Origin: Coraliomargaritaceae bacterium
Lineage (GTDB): Bacteria > Verrucomicrobiota > Verrucomicrobiia > Opitutales > Coraliomargaritaceae
Length of the DNA: 27,641 bases
Direction: 5' to 3'
Assembly: GCA_965656495.1 (NCBI GenBank)
Contig: CBFHKU010000008.1
Span: 1 to 27,641 of the forward strand
The notes beneath the pieces were generated by a model. That model searched no databases. It saw only the letters and a program-made list of their open reading frames with translations, and was not told the DNA's origin. A program made the translations under genes and the position numbers. Positions 17,008 to 26,417 of this stretch are shown piece after piece (position 1 is the stretch's first letter; each line of letters starts with the position of its first letter).

Positions 17008-18498
17008 TTAGGAGACTTCCTCAACTGCTACATCTACGGGCTTGCCGTTTATGCGTAGGGCATAGCGTCGCGGGCCAATTTTCTCTTTGGGCGCATCGCT
17101 GTTCTCAGGGGTGGCGTCGGGCTTGGTGACGGTAGTTGAGTGACCTTTGCCGGTCAGATGCGCTTCGAGTTGTTGTGGGAACATGGCATGAATGACGCAA
17201 TGTTCATTGCTGGAGGGCAGGCCTTTTTGATCGAGTTCTTGTTTGAGTGCGTCCATGTGCTTATGTTGCGCTTGTGGTGCATCAACGGGTCGGCAGTGGA
17301 TGGGCTCTTTGTTAAACTGTTTGGCGGCGAGTGCCTGAACCTTGGGATCGACTGAGGCGGGGCATTGACCGTAATACCCGAGGGCGATGTCGGCAGCCTG
17401 CGGGGAGAGTTGTTTCCAGCGGCCAAATTTCACGTTGAGGAATGCCTGCATTCCAACGATTTGTGAGGTGGGCGTTACCAAAGGAATCCAACCAAGGGCT
17501 TCGCGCACTACGGGAATTTCCTGAAAGACCGCTTCAAATTTATCCTCCATTTTCTGTTCCTTGAGCTGGGTGCGGAAATTGGAGAGCATGCCACCGGGTA
17601 CCTGGTATTCGAGGGTATCGACGTCGACAATTTCGTTTTTGCGACTGGTGAAGGCGGAAAGGTCGGCATAGACATCCTCCAAATGTTGGCGGATTGCTTT
17701 GAGGGAATGCACTTGCGTGCTGCTTACCTCGGGACAACGGGGATGCCCTTTGAGGAGCGCCAGCATACGGGTCGTGTCGGGTTGGGAGGTTCCGTTGGCG
17801 AAGGGCGCGATGGAGAGGTCAACTGCGTCAACTTTGGCATCAATTGCCGCGAGATAGGTGCTGACTCCAAGACCGGCGGTGTCGTGGGTGTGAATCCAGA
17901 CTGGGATTTTTAATTTTTCCTTGAGGCCCTTGACGATATCGTAGGCTTCCTTGGGTGGGATGAGGCCTGCCATATCCTTAAGGACCACGGCATGGGCGCC
18001 CATCTTTTCAATTTTACGCCCCATCTCGATGAACTTGGCGGTGTTGTGGACGGGGCTGGTGGTGTAGCAGATGGTACCGTGAGCCTGCGCCCCGGCAGCA
18101 CGGGCGGCTTTGATAGCGCACTCCATGTTGCGGGTGTCATTGAGGGCATCAAATATCCGGAAAATATTCATGCCGTGCTCGGCGGAGCAACGGATGAAGG
18201 CTTCAACCACATCGTCGGGAAAGTGGGCATATTGCACGATATTTTGCCCCCGGAGGAGCATCATGTGCGGGGTTTTGGGACAGGCTTTTTTAAGCGCGTC
18301 CAATCGATCAAAGGGAAACTCATCGAGAAAGCGCAGGCCGGAATCGATGGTGGCGCCTCCCCATGTTTCAAGGGCATTGAAGCCCCAGTTATCCAGTGAT
18401 TCGCAGACTGGTAGCATTTGCTCGGTACGCATCCGGGTCGCTGCCAGGCTTTGGTGACCATCGCGAAGAACATTGTTATTGAAAAGTACTTGCTTCAT
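17008..18498 (-). CDS. Pyruvate carboxylase subunit B / oxaloacetate decarboxylase alpha-type carboxyltransferase, without a biotinyl domain
   Basis: LRDGHQSLAATRM, ETWGGAT, MLLRGQN, FRIFDALND, KDMAG, HTH, QVPGGMLSN, PLVTPTSQIVG. Confidence 0.9.
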   Translation of the reverse strand: MKQVLFNNNVLRDGHQSLAATRMRTEQMLPVCESLDNWGFNALETWGGATIDSGLRFLDEFPFDRLDALKKACPKTPHMMLLRGQNIVQYAHFPDDVVEAFIRCSAEHGMNIFRIFDALNDTRNMECAIKAARAAGAQAHGTICYTTSPVHNTAKFIEMGRKIEKMGAHAVVLKDMAGLIPPKEAYDIVKGLKEKLKIPVWIHTHDTAGLGVSTYLAAIDAKVDAVDLSIAPFANGTSQPDTTRMLALLKGHPRCPEVSSTQVHSLKAIRQHLEDVYADLSAFTSRKNEIVDVDTLEYQVPGGMLSNFRTQLKEQKMEDKFEAVFQEIPVVREALGWIPLVTPTSQIVGMQAFLNVKFGRWKQLSPQAADIALGYYGQCPASVDPKVQALAAKQFNKEPIHCRPVDAPQAQHKHMDALKQELDQKGLPSSNEHCVIHAMFPQQLEAHLTGKGHSTTVTKPDATPENSDAPKEKIGPRRYALRINGKPVDVAVEEVS

Positions 18499-18603
18499 AT
18501 GTCATAGACTAAAAAATACCTTTGTAAACGTTAGTCAACGTTCGAATAGTAACAAAGGACTATTCGTTAGCGTTTAGCTTAAGTACTAACCCTGCCGTGG
18601 TGC

Positions 18604-19740
18604 CTAAAGTTCGCGTGGGGTGTAATATACGCGGGTAACACGTTTTGAAATGGAGCAAAGGGCATCCCATGGAATGGTTTCAGCGTGATCGCTGAAGTCA
18701 TTTGCGGAGATCTCCTGGGTGCCTTCTTTTCCGATAAAAACGGCGACATCGCCCACTTCCAGCTCGGGGATCGCGCTGACGTCGACAATGGTTTGATCCA
18801 TCGTGACCCGTCCGAGAATCGGGCAGCGGTGGTCGCGGATGAGCACCTCGCCGGTATTGCCGAGGGAATAGGGCAGGCCATCGGCATAGCCGGCGGTCAG
18901 GATTGCAACGGTGGTCTGCTCTTGGAGCTGGTGCGATTGACCGTAGCTGATTCCGGTGCCGGGGGGGAGCGTTTTGATGAGCCCAACCCGGGCCTTGAAA
19001 TGAAGGACCGGCTCGACCCTCGCGCCTGCGAGTGCGGATTTGGGGTAGGGCGGGATTCCAAATTGCAGGAGCCCGACTCGCACTGCGTTGAACTTTCGGT
19101 TCGCGGCAAAGCTATCGAGTCCGGCGGAGTTGTCAGCGTGGATGACGCAGTCATTTGACAGCTCGACCTTATCAAGGATGGCGAGGAAGCGCTCACGCTG
19201 TTTTTCGGTAAATGCAGGATCTGAATCGGCGCAGGAGAAATGGGTGTAAATGCCATCCAGTTTAAGGGCGGGCATAGCGCGGATGGCATTATGGAGTTCG
19301 ACTGCCTGCTCGTGCCAGACCCCGAGGCGTCCCATGCCGGTGTCGATTTTCAGGTGAACTTTAAGGGTGGTGTTTTTTGATTGCGCCAATTCGTTGAGGC
19401 GCAGGGCTTCCTGCAGGTCGCTCACGGTAGCGATGAGGTCGTCACGGATTAAATCGGGCGCTTCCTCGGGCAGGACCGGGCCTAGGATAAGGATCGGCCA
19501 ACCCGCTCCCATCTCGCGAATGATTGCAGCTTCGCGGGTGTTGGCGACCGCGAAGGAATCGACCCCGCTCTGCATGAGGCGGCGGACGATTTGCGGCATG
19601 CCGTGGCCGTAGGCATCGGCCTTGACGACCGCGATATAGCGCACCCCCGTGGGGAGGACAGCCTGTATGTGTTTGAGGTTGCGCTCAAAAGCGTCGAGGT
19701 GGATTTCGACCCAGCAACGATGTTTGGAATTTTTAGGCAT
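18604..19740 (-). CDS. alr: Alanine racemase
   Basis: [11 protein letters not shown] (PLP lysine), [30 protein letters not shown]; start overlaps the tsaB stop. Confidence 0.96.
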   Translation of the reverse strand: MPKNSKHRCWVEIHLDAFERNLKHIQAVLPTGVRYIAVVKADAYGHGMPQIVRRLMQSGVDSFAVANTREAAIIREMGAGWPILILGPVLPEEAPDLIRDDLIATVSDLQEALRLNELAQSKNTTLKVHLKIDTGMGRLGVWHEQAVELHNAIRAMPALKLDGIYTHFSCADSDPAFTEKQRERFLAILDKVELSNDCVIHADNSAGLDSFAANRKFNAVRVGLLQFGIPPYPKSALAGARVEPVLHFKARVGLIKTLPPGTGISYGQSHQLQEQTTVAILTAGYADGLPYSLGNTGEVLIRDHRCPILGRVTMDQTIVDVSAIPELEVGDVAVFIGKEGTQEISANDFSDHAETIPWDALCSISKRVTRVYYTPREL

Positions 19741-20413
19741 CAGCAGAGGGAGCGCGGTGGCGAGCGGGGATCCATTTTTGAAAATTAGGCGGCGCAGTGG
19801 CAAAGGGCTTCGGGCTATTAACCTTTTGAAGCAGGCCGGGTGTATCAATCATTTCGTTGATGCGCTCGGGGGTGTAGTGGAGGGTGGTAGCATGGGGTGG
19901 CGGGGATTGCCAGCCTTTGCGCTGCGGAAGGTGATAGCTTGGGCCTTCCCATGCTTCGAGCTCGGCGGCTGTGACGAGTTCACAGGAGGCGATTTTCCCT
20001 TGTTCGAGGGTGACGGCATTCCAAGCATCCTTTTTCCAGTCAGCCACCAAGAGGGCGTCGGTCAGGGTAGGCTCGTCACGTAGCAGGCAGTTGGCGGCAA
20101 GCCGGAGACTGTTGTAGGCGAGGCAAGGGGGCGGTTCGGGGTGTAGGGCGCGCCAGGTTCGAATCGCCATCGCAGCAAGGCGCAGCCCGAGGGTTGAGCC
20201 GGGGCCTTCGCAATACAGGTAACGGTCGATTGCCTCGATATTGATTTTAAGCTCCGTGAGGATTGCCTCAACGGACGGGAAAATAGTTTCGAGTGCCGTG
20301 CCTTCGATGGAGCGATGCGCCAACCAGGAGTCGCTCCGGTCGAGCAAGCCGATGAAGCAGGCGGGATTGCTTGCATCCATCACAAGGGTGAACTGAGGCG
20401 GCTTATTCGGCAT
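19733..20413 (-). CDS. tsaB: tRNA threonylcarbamoyladenosine biosynthesis protein TsaB (YeaZ)-like
   Basis: LVMDAS...IGL and GPGSTLGLR motifs; 226 aa. Confidence 0.75.
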   Translation of the reverse strand: MPNKPPQFTLVMDASNPACFIGLLDRSDSWLAHRSIEGTALETIFPSVEAILTELKINIEAIDRYLYCEGPGSTLGLRLAAMAIRTWRALHPEPPPCLAYNSLRLAANCLLRDEPTLTDALLVADWKKDAWNAVTLEQGKIASCELVTAAELEAWEGPSYHLPQRKGWQSPPPHATTLHYTPERINEMIDTPGLLQKVNSPKPFATAPPNFQKWIPARHRAPSADA

Positions 20414-20477
20414 TTCTGGTTGGTATCAGAAGGGAAGCTCGATGCAGAGGCAAGCGGAGAGCGGCGGGCCGGAGGCA

Positions 20478-21152
20478 TTATTCCCCGTCGAGGCGCAATT
20501 CAAAACCGGCTGCGGTGAGGATCTCGAGGATGCGCTGGCTATGCTTGAGGAGTTTCCCAAGGTTGGGCAACGTCAGTAATTGAAAGTGCATTTCGGTCTC
20601 GGTGACGCTCAGGAGGCAATCGAGCGTCGGGAGTCGCAACTCAAAGCTGGAGGCATCGGGCGGGTAATCAAGGCCTGCGGCGATCTCCGGGATGGCCTCG
20701 AGGGCATCAATCTTATGAGCGAGATCGAGATGCTGGCTGAAGTAGATATCGAGCCGGTGGCAGAGCGGACTGAATATTTCTACGAAAACGTCATTTTGAG
20801 CGAGATCGGGATCGCGCAGTCGGGTGATGCGGGTCTCGAGTTGATACGCCTTCGGGTCGTCCACGCTTTGATCGATGCGTATTTCCAGGTCAAAACCCGG
20901 AGTATTAAGGCAGGCGAGGCCATCTTCATCCCGAAAATCAAATTCATGGCGTTTGTAGCCCAACTCGCGGCGCAGATCGGCGTGAATCGCTTGCGCGAGG
21001 GCGCGTACCTCCTCTGCACCGGCACGCCGCACGAAGGCATTGGCGGCCTCATGCTGGGCATCCGGAACATGGTGACCGGATTTAAAGCCGGACAGTTTGC
21101 GAATTCGGCCGGTGGTAAATCCTGAAAGTTGAACTGTATCGTTTGCTGTGAT
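20478..21152 (-). CDS. Hypothetical protein (start uncertain: GTG 21032, or non-canonical ATC 21152 / CTG 21179)
   Basis: Frame stays open upstream of the GTG to a TGA at 21183-21185; the extension reads like protein (GRIRKLSGFKSGHHVPD). Confidence 0.65.
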   Translation of the reverse strand: MTANDTVQLSGFTTGRIRKLSGFKSGHHVPDAQHEAANAFVRRAGAEEVRALAQAIHADLRRELGYKRHEFDFRDEDGLACLNTPGFDLEIRIDQSVDDPKAYQLETRITRLRDPDLAQNDVFVEIFSPLCHRLDIYFSQHLDLAHKIDALEAIPEIAAGLDYPPDASSFELRLPTLDCLLSVTETEMHFQLLTLPNLGKLLKHSQRILEILTAAGFELRLDGE

Positions 21153-21292
21153 GTCTTTTGTTTGAAAGAATGTGTGCAGAGGTCAAGCCGCCTGTTCCCC
21201 TTGAAGGCTTCGTTATTTAAGCGAGGGCTTTAGTTTAGGCTTTACAGGCACGTCTGAAAGCTATGTTGTCTGCCTCTTTTCCAGAGATTTTC

Positions 21293-21484
21293 ATGCAAAA
21301 GACACGCAAATCCATCGCCAAACGTTTTAAGAAGACCGGTACCGGTAAACTCCTGCGTCGCACGCCGGGGCACCGTCACCTGCTTCGCAACAAAAGCGTG
21401 AAGCAACGCCGCCGTGCGGGGAGCAGCAAGCTCGTCGCGGACGGTCAGCGCGCAAACCTCATTCGTGGTTTGCCCTTCGCCTAA
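21293..21484 (+). CDS. rpmI: 50S ribosomal protein L35
   Basis: KTRKSIAKRFKKTGTGKL....G.RHLL..KS.KQRR; precedes rplT. Confidence 0.95.
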   Translation: MQKTRKSIAKRFKKTGTGKLLRRTPGHRHLLRNKSVKQRRRAGSSKLVADGQRANLIRGLPFA

Positions 21485-21580
21485 GCTTATACCTGAAACG
21501 TTTGCAAAATTAACTCACGCCAGAGGGGTAACATGAAAATGGGCGACCCTGCGGCGAACTAAAACGAGAGAAACAAAAAC

Positions 21581-21943
21581 ATGCCTAGAGCCACCAATGG
21601 ACCCGCGACCCTCGCACGTCGCAAAAAAGTACTGAAAAAAGCCAAAGGCTATTTCGGTAATAAATCCCGTCTTTTCCGTTATGCGAAAGACGCCGTCGAT
21701 CGCGCGGAGGTTTATGCCTACCGTGACCGTCGCAAGAAAAAGAGTGAATTCCGTCAACTGTGGATTGTTCGCATCAATGCGATCTGCCGCGCCAACGGAA
21801 TCAACTACAGTCGTTTCATGCACGGCCTCAGCGCTGCCGGTATTGAAATGGATCGCAAGCAACTTTCCGAGTTGGCGATTCATGACGAAGCAGCCTTCCT
21901 TTTGCTGATTGAAAAGGCGAAAGAAGCGAACGCCGCCGCCTAA
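21581..21943 (+). CDS. rplT: 50S ribosomal protein L20
   Basis: RRKKVLKKAKGYFG, YAYRDRRKKK.EFRQLWIVRINA, YSRFMHGL, DRKQLSELAI. Confidence 0.97.
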   Translation: MPRATNGPATLARRKKVLKKAKGYFGNKSRLFRYAKDAVDRAEVYAYRDRRKKKSEFRQLWIVRINAICRANGINYSRFMHGLSAAGIEMDRKQLSELAIHDEAAFLLLIEKAKEANAAA

Positions 21944-21964
21944 TAATTCTTAGAATTTTGTTCG

Positions 21965-21994
21965 AAGCCGTACTCTTTGGGGTACGGCTTTTTT
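21965..21994 (+). terminator. Intrinsic terminator after rplT
   Basis: AAGCCGTACTC-TTTG-GGGTACGGCTT followed by TTTT. Confidence 0.85.
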
Positions 21995-21995
21995 G

Positions 21996-22412
21996 TTTTA
22001 ACGCGGAGGGGTGGAGGAATATTTTAACGCAGAGGAGCGGAGAAGCGGAGTTTTGTGGGGTTGTTTTATTGAAACGCGGAGGAGCGGAGTAGCGGAGGGG
22101 GTATTTTAACGCAGAGGAGCGGAGTAACGGAGTTTGGAGGGGGTTGTTTTTATTATAATGCAGAGAAGAAGAGAATTTAAGGTAATTTTATTTTACTGCA
22201 TTAACGCCCAATAAAAATCTCTGCTCCTCCGCTCCTCTGCGTTAAAATATCCCTCCACCCCTCTGCGTTAACCCCCAAATAAAAAACCTCTGCTCCTCCG
22301 CTCCTCTGCGTTAAAATATCCCTCCACCCCTCTGCGTTAAAACCCAAATAAAAAATCTCCGTTCCTCCGCTTCTCTGCGTTTAAAAATAACTTAATTTCT
22401 CTGCGTTAAAAG
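21996..22412. repeat. Large inverted array of AACGC(A/G)GAG-GAGCGGAG repeats
   Basis: Right-pointing copies at about 22000, 22026, 22073, 22108 and 22157 (degenerate); six left-pointing CTCTGCGTT copies between 22235 and 22408; block 22219-22270 is duplicated 69 bp later. Confidence 0.92.
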
Positions 22413-22416
22413 ATAA

Positions 22417-22818
22417 TCAGGCAAGGTGCTCAAGGATCTCGACTTCGTAGCCATCGGGGTCGGTGATGAAGGCCATCTTTTTTCCGTCCACGAATTTCTC
22501 GCGCCAGTTGGCGGGCCAGAGTTGAACTGAGAGTCCTGCGGTCTCCAAGCCTTCGAGCATTTCGCAATAGGCGTTGAGGTCATCGACGCGGATGCAGGTA
22601 TGGACGAGGTCTTCGGGAAATTTAACTTCGAAGTCGGGGGAGTAGGTAAGCTCGAGTTTATGGTCGCTGCCGGGAATCGCGAGGTGGGCAAGTTGATTGC
22701 CGCTGGGCGATTTGTCGGTGCGACGCAGGACTTCAAAGCCGCAGGTGCGGCAATACCAGTCGATGGACTCTTCAAGGTTGGAAACGCGGATGCGGGTGTG
22801 GTCAAATGTAATGTGCAT
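22417..22818 (-). CDS. VOC/glyoxalase family protein (lactoylglutathione lyase-like)
   Basis: HTRIRVSNLEESIDWY...LELTY...HTCIRVDD...AFITDPDGYEVEILE. Confidence 0.9.
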   Translation of the reverse strand: MHITFDHTRIRVSNLEESIDWYCRTCGFEVLRRTDKSPSGNQLAHLAIPGSDHKLELTYSPDFEVKFPEDLVHTCIRVDDLNAYCEMLEGLETAGLSVQLWPANWREKFVDGKKMAFITDPDGYEVEILEHLA

Positions 22819-22860
22819 GGGGCAGTTTTGCCCGAACACCTGCACGGAATCAATCCGCAA

Positions 22861-23502
22861 CTACAAACTTCTCACGACCGCCTTGGCGACACCCTGCACC
22901 GCCAGTTCGGCGACGGGGTAGAGCTCCGGGTAGAATTTATTCTCGGCCTTGAGGTAGGGTGGTTCACCGGGTTTCTGGATGTAACGCTTAAGGGTGGTTT
23001 CGCCATCGATGAGGGCGGCCACGATATCGCCGTCGCGGGCTTCGCGGGGTTCGACGATGACCATGTCGCCGTCATAGATTTCTGCATCAATCATACTTTC
23101 GCCGCGAACCTGTAGGGCGAAGCTCTTGCGGCGGCTGTCAAAGCTCGCGCTCTGGATATCGACCTGCAGGCGTCCAATTTCTCCACCGGATTCGACGCGG
23201 TCGGGATAACCGGCGGCAATCGCGCCATAGACCGGAATATCAACCACTTCGCTGGCATCGTGGGGGATGGACTCGGGTTCCTCGTCTCCGGGTCGATTGA
23301 TACGGAAGGTGCGGGCTTGACCGGCGATGCGGTGGATGGCGCCTTTTTTCTCAAGGGCGCGGAGGTGGCCCATCACGGCGTTGGTGCTCTTGAATTGGAA
23401 TTGCTCCTGAATTTCGCGTATGCTGGGCCAGAAGCCGTTGCGCCACTCGTATTGGCTGATGAATTTAAGAATTTCCTCTTGGCGTTGGGTTAGTTCTTTC
23501 AT
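22861..23502 (-). CDS. lexA: SOS transcriptional repressor LexA
   Basis: LTQRQEEIL...PSIREI...STNAV.GHLRALEKKG wHTH; IAAG cleavage site; GESM serine; TLKR lysine. Confidence 0.95.
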   Translation of the reverse strand: MKELTQRQEEILKFISQYEWRNGFWPSIREIQEQFQFKSTNAVMGHLRALEKKGAIHRIAGQARTFRINRPGDEEPESIPHDASEVVDIPVYGAIAAGYPDRVESGGEIGRLQVDIQSASFDSRRKSFALQVRGESMIDAEIYDGDMVIVEPREARDGDIVAALIDGETTLKRYIQKPGEPPYLKAENKFYPELYPVAELAVQGVAKAVVRSL

Positions 23503-23512
23503 GGTGAACAAA

Positions 23513-23526
23513 TGTTTAGGTGAACG
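23513..23526. promoter_or_regulatory. Candidate LexA operator overlapping the lexA promoter
   Basis: TGTTT-AGGT-GAACG has 2 mismatches to the Verrucomicrobia LexA motif TGTTC-N4-GAACA; a minus-strand TTGACA lies at 23541-23536. Confidence 0.6.
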
Positions 23527-23607
23527 CTTGTCTAGTGTCAAGGCCTTGTTTTTAGGAATGTGAATAAGGATTGAACAATTCTCGGGTCGCTTTTTCGTAG
23601 GGTTTGG

Positions 23608-25443
23608 ATGTTTGATTTTAAGCGTAAGGTCTGTGGATGGATACTGGCGGTGCTGCTGGTGGCGGGTTGTGGTAAGCAGCCGGATGCGGAGCGCTCGTTT
23701 AAACAGGCGCCGATTCCGGTGGACGCGGAGGTCGTGGATTTCCCGCAGGGGAATTTTGGTGGCCGGATCGTTGAGACGATGGCGGGGGACATTGCGACCT
23801 TGAATCCGCTTTTGATTGAATCCGTGGCGGGGTCAACCGTGATGGGTCGGATTCTGGACAGTTTGGTGACGCTGGATCCCGAGACGGGCGAGGTCATTCC
23901 GGGTCTGGCGAAATCGTGGGAGATTTCTGAGGATAATTTGGAATACACTTTTCATTTGCGGCGGGGGGTGCACTGGAGCGATGGTGAACCGTTCACCGCG
24001 GCGGACGTGCTGTTTACCTGGAAGACTTTTTTTGCAAAGGAGCGCGATGGCGCAACGGGTGCGCTTGTGACCGATGCGGAGGGTCGCCCAAAGTATCGCT
24101 ACCCCTCGCGTTCGACCTTCACGCAGTTGATCAATGGCAAGGAGCCCAAAGTAGAGGCACTGGATGCGCACACCGTCCGTTTTACTACGCCCGAAGTCTA
24201 TGCGCCATTTTTACTCTTCGGCGGCGGTGAGGAGATTTTACCGGAGCATGTCCTGGGGGCGGCATTTGAAAACGGAACTTTGCTGGAGGCGTGGAATCTG
24301 GAGACCGCGATTCAACGACCGGAAGCGATTGTCGGGCTGAATATGTTTGTATTGGAATCCTATCGTCCGGGGGAACGCCTGGTCTTTGCCCGCAACCCGA
24401 ATTATTGGAAGGTCAATCCGGCGGGTGAACGCTTGCCCTATGTGGAACGTCTGATCACGAAGATTGTGCCGGATGCGAATAGCAGCAATGTGGCCTTTGC
24501 GCAGGGCAAGACCGACTTCGAGGGAATTGGCCCGGACAATGTTGCCTGGGTCAAGCGCGGCGAGGAGCGGCACGATTACACGGTGCTGGATATGGGGCCC
24601 TCCAACACAACCAATTTCGTTTGGTTCAACCTGAACCCTGGGAAGGATGAAAACGGGAAGGCCTACGTCGCACCGCATAAATTGGAATGGTTTCAGGATA
24701 AACGTTTCCGGCAGGCGGTTTCCTATGGGATCAATCGCGAGGGGATCGTGCGGGGGGTCTTCTTTGGGCGGGCGCAAGTGCTGCATGGTTACGTTTCACC
24801 GAAGCGGAAGTTTTGGTATAACGACGCGATTCGGAAATATCCCTATGATACGGAACGCTCGAAGGCGCTCTTTCTGGAAATGGGTTTTCGCTACGTGAAT
24901 GAACGACTCCATGACGCGGAGGGTCGCCCGGTGGGGTTTACCCTGATGACCAATTCCAGTAACGGTCTGCGGGTGGAAATGGCGACGGTCTTTAAAGAGA
25001 ATATGGCGGATTTGGGAATCGAGGTGGAACTGCAGTTCCTCGATTTTAATACCATCATTACCAAGACTTCTTCTTCCTTTGATTACGAAGCCTGTATGCT
25101 CGGACTGGGGGGCGGTGCTCCCGATCCCTATGCGGGCAAGGACATTCTTATGAGCGGGGGGCGTCTGCATCAATGGCACCCCCAGCAGGTGGAACCGGCG
25201 ACCGAATGGGAGGCGCGGATCGACGCGCTCATGCTGGAACTGGGGCGGCATACCGATGTGGAAAAACGGAAGGCGTTCTATTTTGAGGTGCAGGAAATTC
25301 TCGCGGAGCAACAACCCATGATCTTTCTCGTGAGCGCGAAGGATTATGTCGGGCACCGGAATCGCTGGCAAAATTTACAACCGACCTCGCTCGGGGGGCT
25401 CACCTGGAATATGGAATCCCTGTGGACGGAGCCGAAGCCATGA
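23608..25443 (+). CDS. Peptide/nickel ABC transporter substrate-binding lipoprotein (family 5)
   Basis: Lipobox VAGC; TLNP; PGLAKSWEIS...YTFHLRRGVHWSDGEPFTAADVLFT; RNPNYW; FRQAVSYGINR. Confidence 0.93.
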   Translation: MFDFKRKVCGWILAVLLVAGCGKQPDAERSFKQAPIPVDAEVVDFPQGNFGGRIVETMAGDIATLNPLLIESVAGSTVMGRILDSLVTLDPETGEVIPGLAKSWEISEDNLEYTFHLRRGVHWSDGEPFTAADVLFTWKTFFAKERDGATGALVTDAEGRPKYRYPSRSTFTQLINGKEPKVEALDAHTVRFTTPEVYAPFLLFGGGEEILPEHVLGAAFENGTLLEAWNLETAIQRPEAIVGLNMFVLESYRPGERLVFARNPNYWKVNPAGERLPYVERLITKIVPDANSSNVAFAQGKTDFEGIGPDNVAWVKRGEERHDYTVLDMGPSNTTNFVWFNLNPGKDENGKAYVAPHKLEWFQDKRFRQAVSYGINREGIVRGVFFGRAQVLHGYVSPKRKFWYNDAIRKYPYDTERSKALFLEMGFRYVNERLHDAEGRPVGFTLMTNSSNGLRVEMATVFKENMADLGIEVELQFLDFNTIITKTSSSFDYEACMLGLGGGAPDPYAGKDILMSGGRLHQWHPQQVEPATEWEARIDALMLELGRHTDVEKRKAFYFEVQEILAEQQPMIFLVSAKDYVGHRNRWQNLQPTSLGGLTWNMESLWTEPKP

Positions 25444-26417
25444 TCGCTTATTTATTCAGACGCTTGCTTGCCTTGATCCCGCTCCTCCTCGGGATCACGG
25501 GATTGGTGTTCCTGCTAATGAGCCTTGCACCGGGTGATTTCTTGACGCCGGTGCGGGTGCAACGGGATGTTTCACCGGAGCTGATTCAGTCAATCGAGCA
25601 ACAGTTTGGGCTGAATCAGCCCTGGTATGTGCAGTATGTGAAATGGTTGGGCAATGTCGTGACCGGTAACCTCGGGCACTCGTGGGCGTATAAGATGCCG
25701 GTGGTGGATCTGATTGGACAGCGCATGCTCGCGACTTTTCTGCTTTCGGTTTCGGCGCTGGTGATCGCCTGGGGTATTGCGATTCCCCTCGGCGTACTCG
25801 CGGCGATGTATAAGGATTCGATCTTCGACCGCATTTCCTCCTTCCTTGCCTACGCGGCGCTCTCGCTACCGGAGTTTTTTCTGGCGCTCTTGTTTATGTT
25901 TTTTGCGGCGCAGAGCGGGTGGTTCCCGATGGGCGGGGCGACTTCCATTGATTATGAATTCATGGGCGCGGGCGGTAAGATTCTGGATCGCGCCCACCAC
26001 CTTGTTTTGCCGGCGCTCGCCCTTGGGATTGGTTCGGTGGCGAGCATCATGCGTATCATGCGCGCCAATTTCCTCGACGCGATTCGGGCGGATTATGTGA
26101 AGACCGCGCGGGCGAAGGGTCTGCGGGAACGGCGTGTGATGTTTATGCACGCCCTGCGCAATGCCATTAATCCGCTGGTGAGCGCCTTTGGTTTCGCGTT
26201 CTCGGGGCTCTTGAGCGGGGCGTTGATCGTTGAAATCGTGCTACAATATCCGGGTCTGGGTCAACTGATGTATCAATCCATTTTGCGGGAGGATCAATTC
26301 GTGGTGCTCGCCTCGGTCATGCTGGGTTGCACCATGTTGGTGGCGGGCAACCTCCTCGCAGACCTGCTGTTGGCATGGTCGGATCCCCGCATTCGCACCT
26401 TACGAAAAACAAGATGA
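25440..26417 (+). CDS. Peptide ABC transporter permease (OppB/DppB type)
   Basis: RRLL..IP.LLG...LAPGD; DYVKTARAKGL; HALRNA; DPRIR; ATGA overlap with the upstream gene. Confidence 0.94.
   Translation: MIAYLFRRLLALIPLLLGITGLVFLLMSLAPGDFLTPVRVQRDVSPELIQSIEQQFGLNQPWYVQYVKWLGNVVTGNLGHSWAYKMPVVDLIGQRMLATFLLSVSALVIAWGIAIPLGVLAAMYKDSIFDRISSFLAYAALSLPEFFLALLFMFFAAQSGWFPMGGATSIDYEFMGAGGKILDRAHHLVLPALALGIGSVASIMRIMRANFLDAIRADYVKTARAKGLRERRVMFMHALRNAINPLVSAFGFAFSGLLSGALIVEIVLQYPGLGQLMYQSILREDQFVVLASVMLGCTMLVAGNLLADLLLAWSDPRIRTLRKTR

Noticed and set aside
21485..21580. L20-binding leader RNA between rpmI and rplT
   Set aside because: Only a weak interrupted stem (CGCC..AGGG/CCCT..GGCG); it cannot be supported without covariation data.
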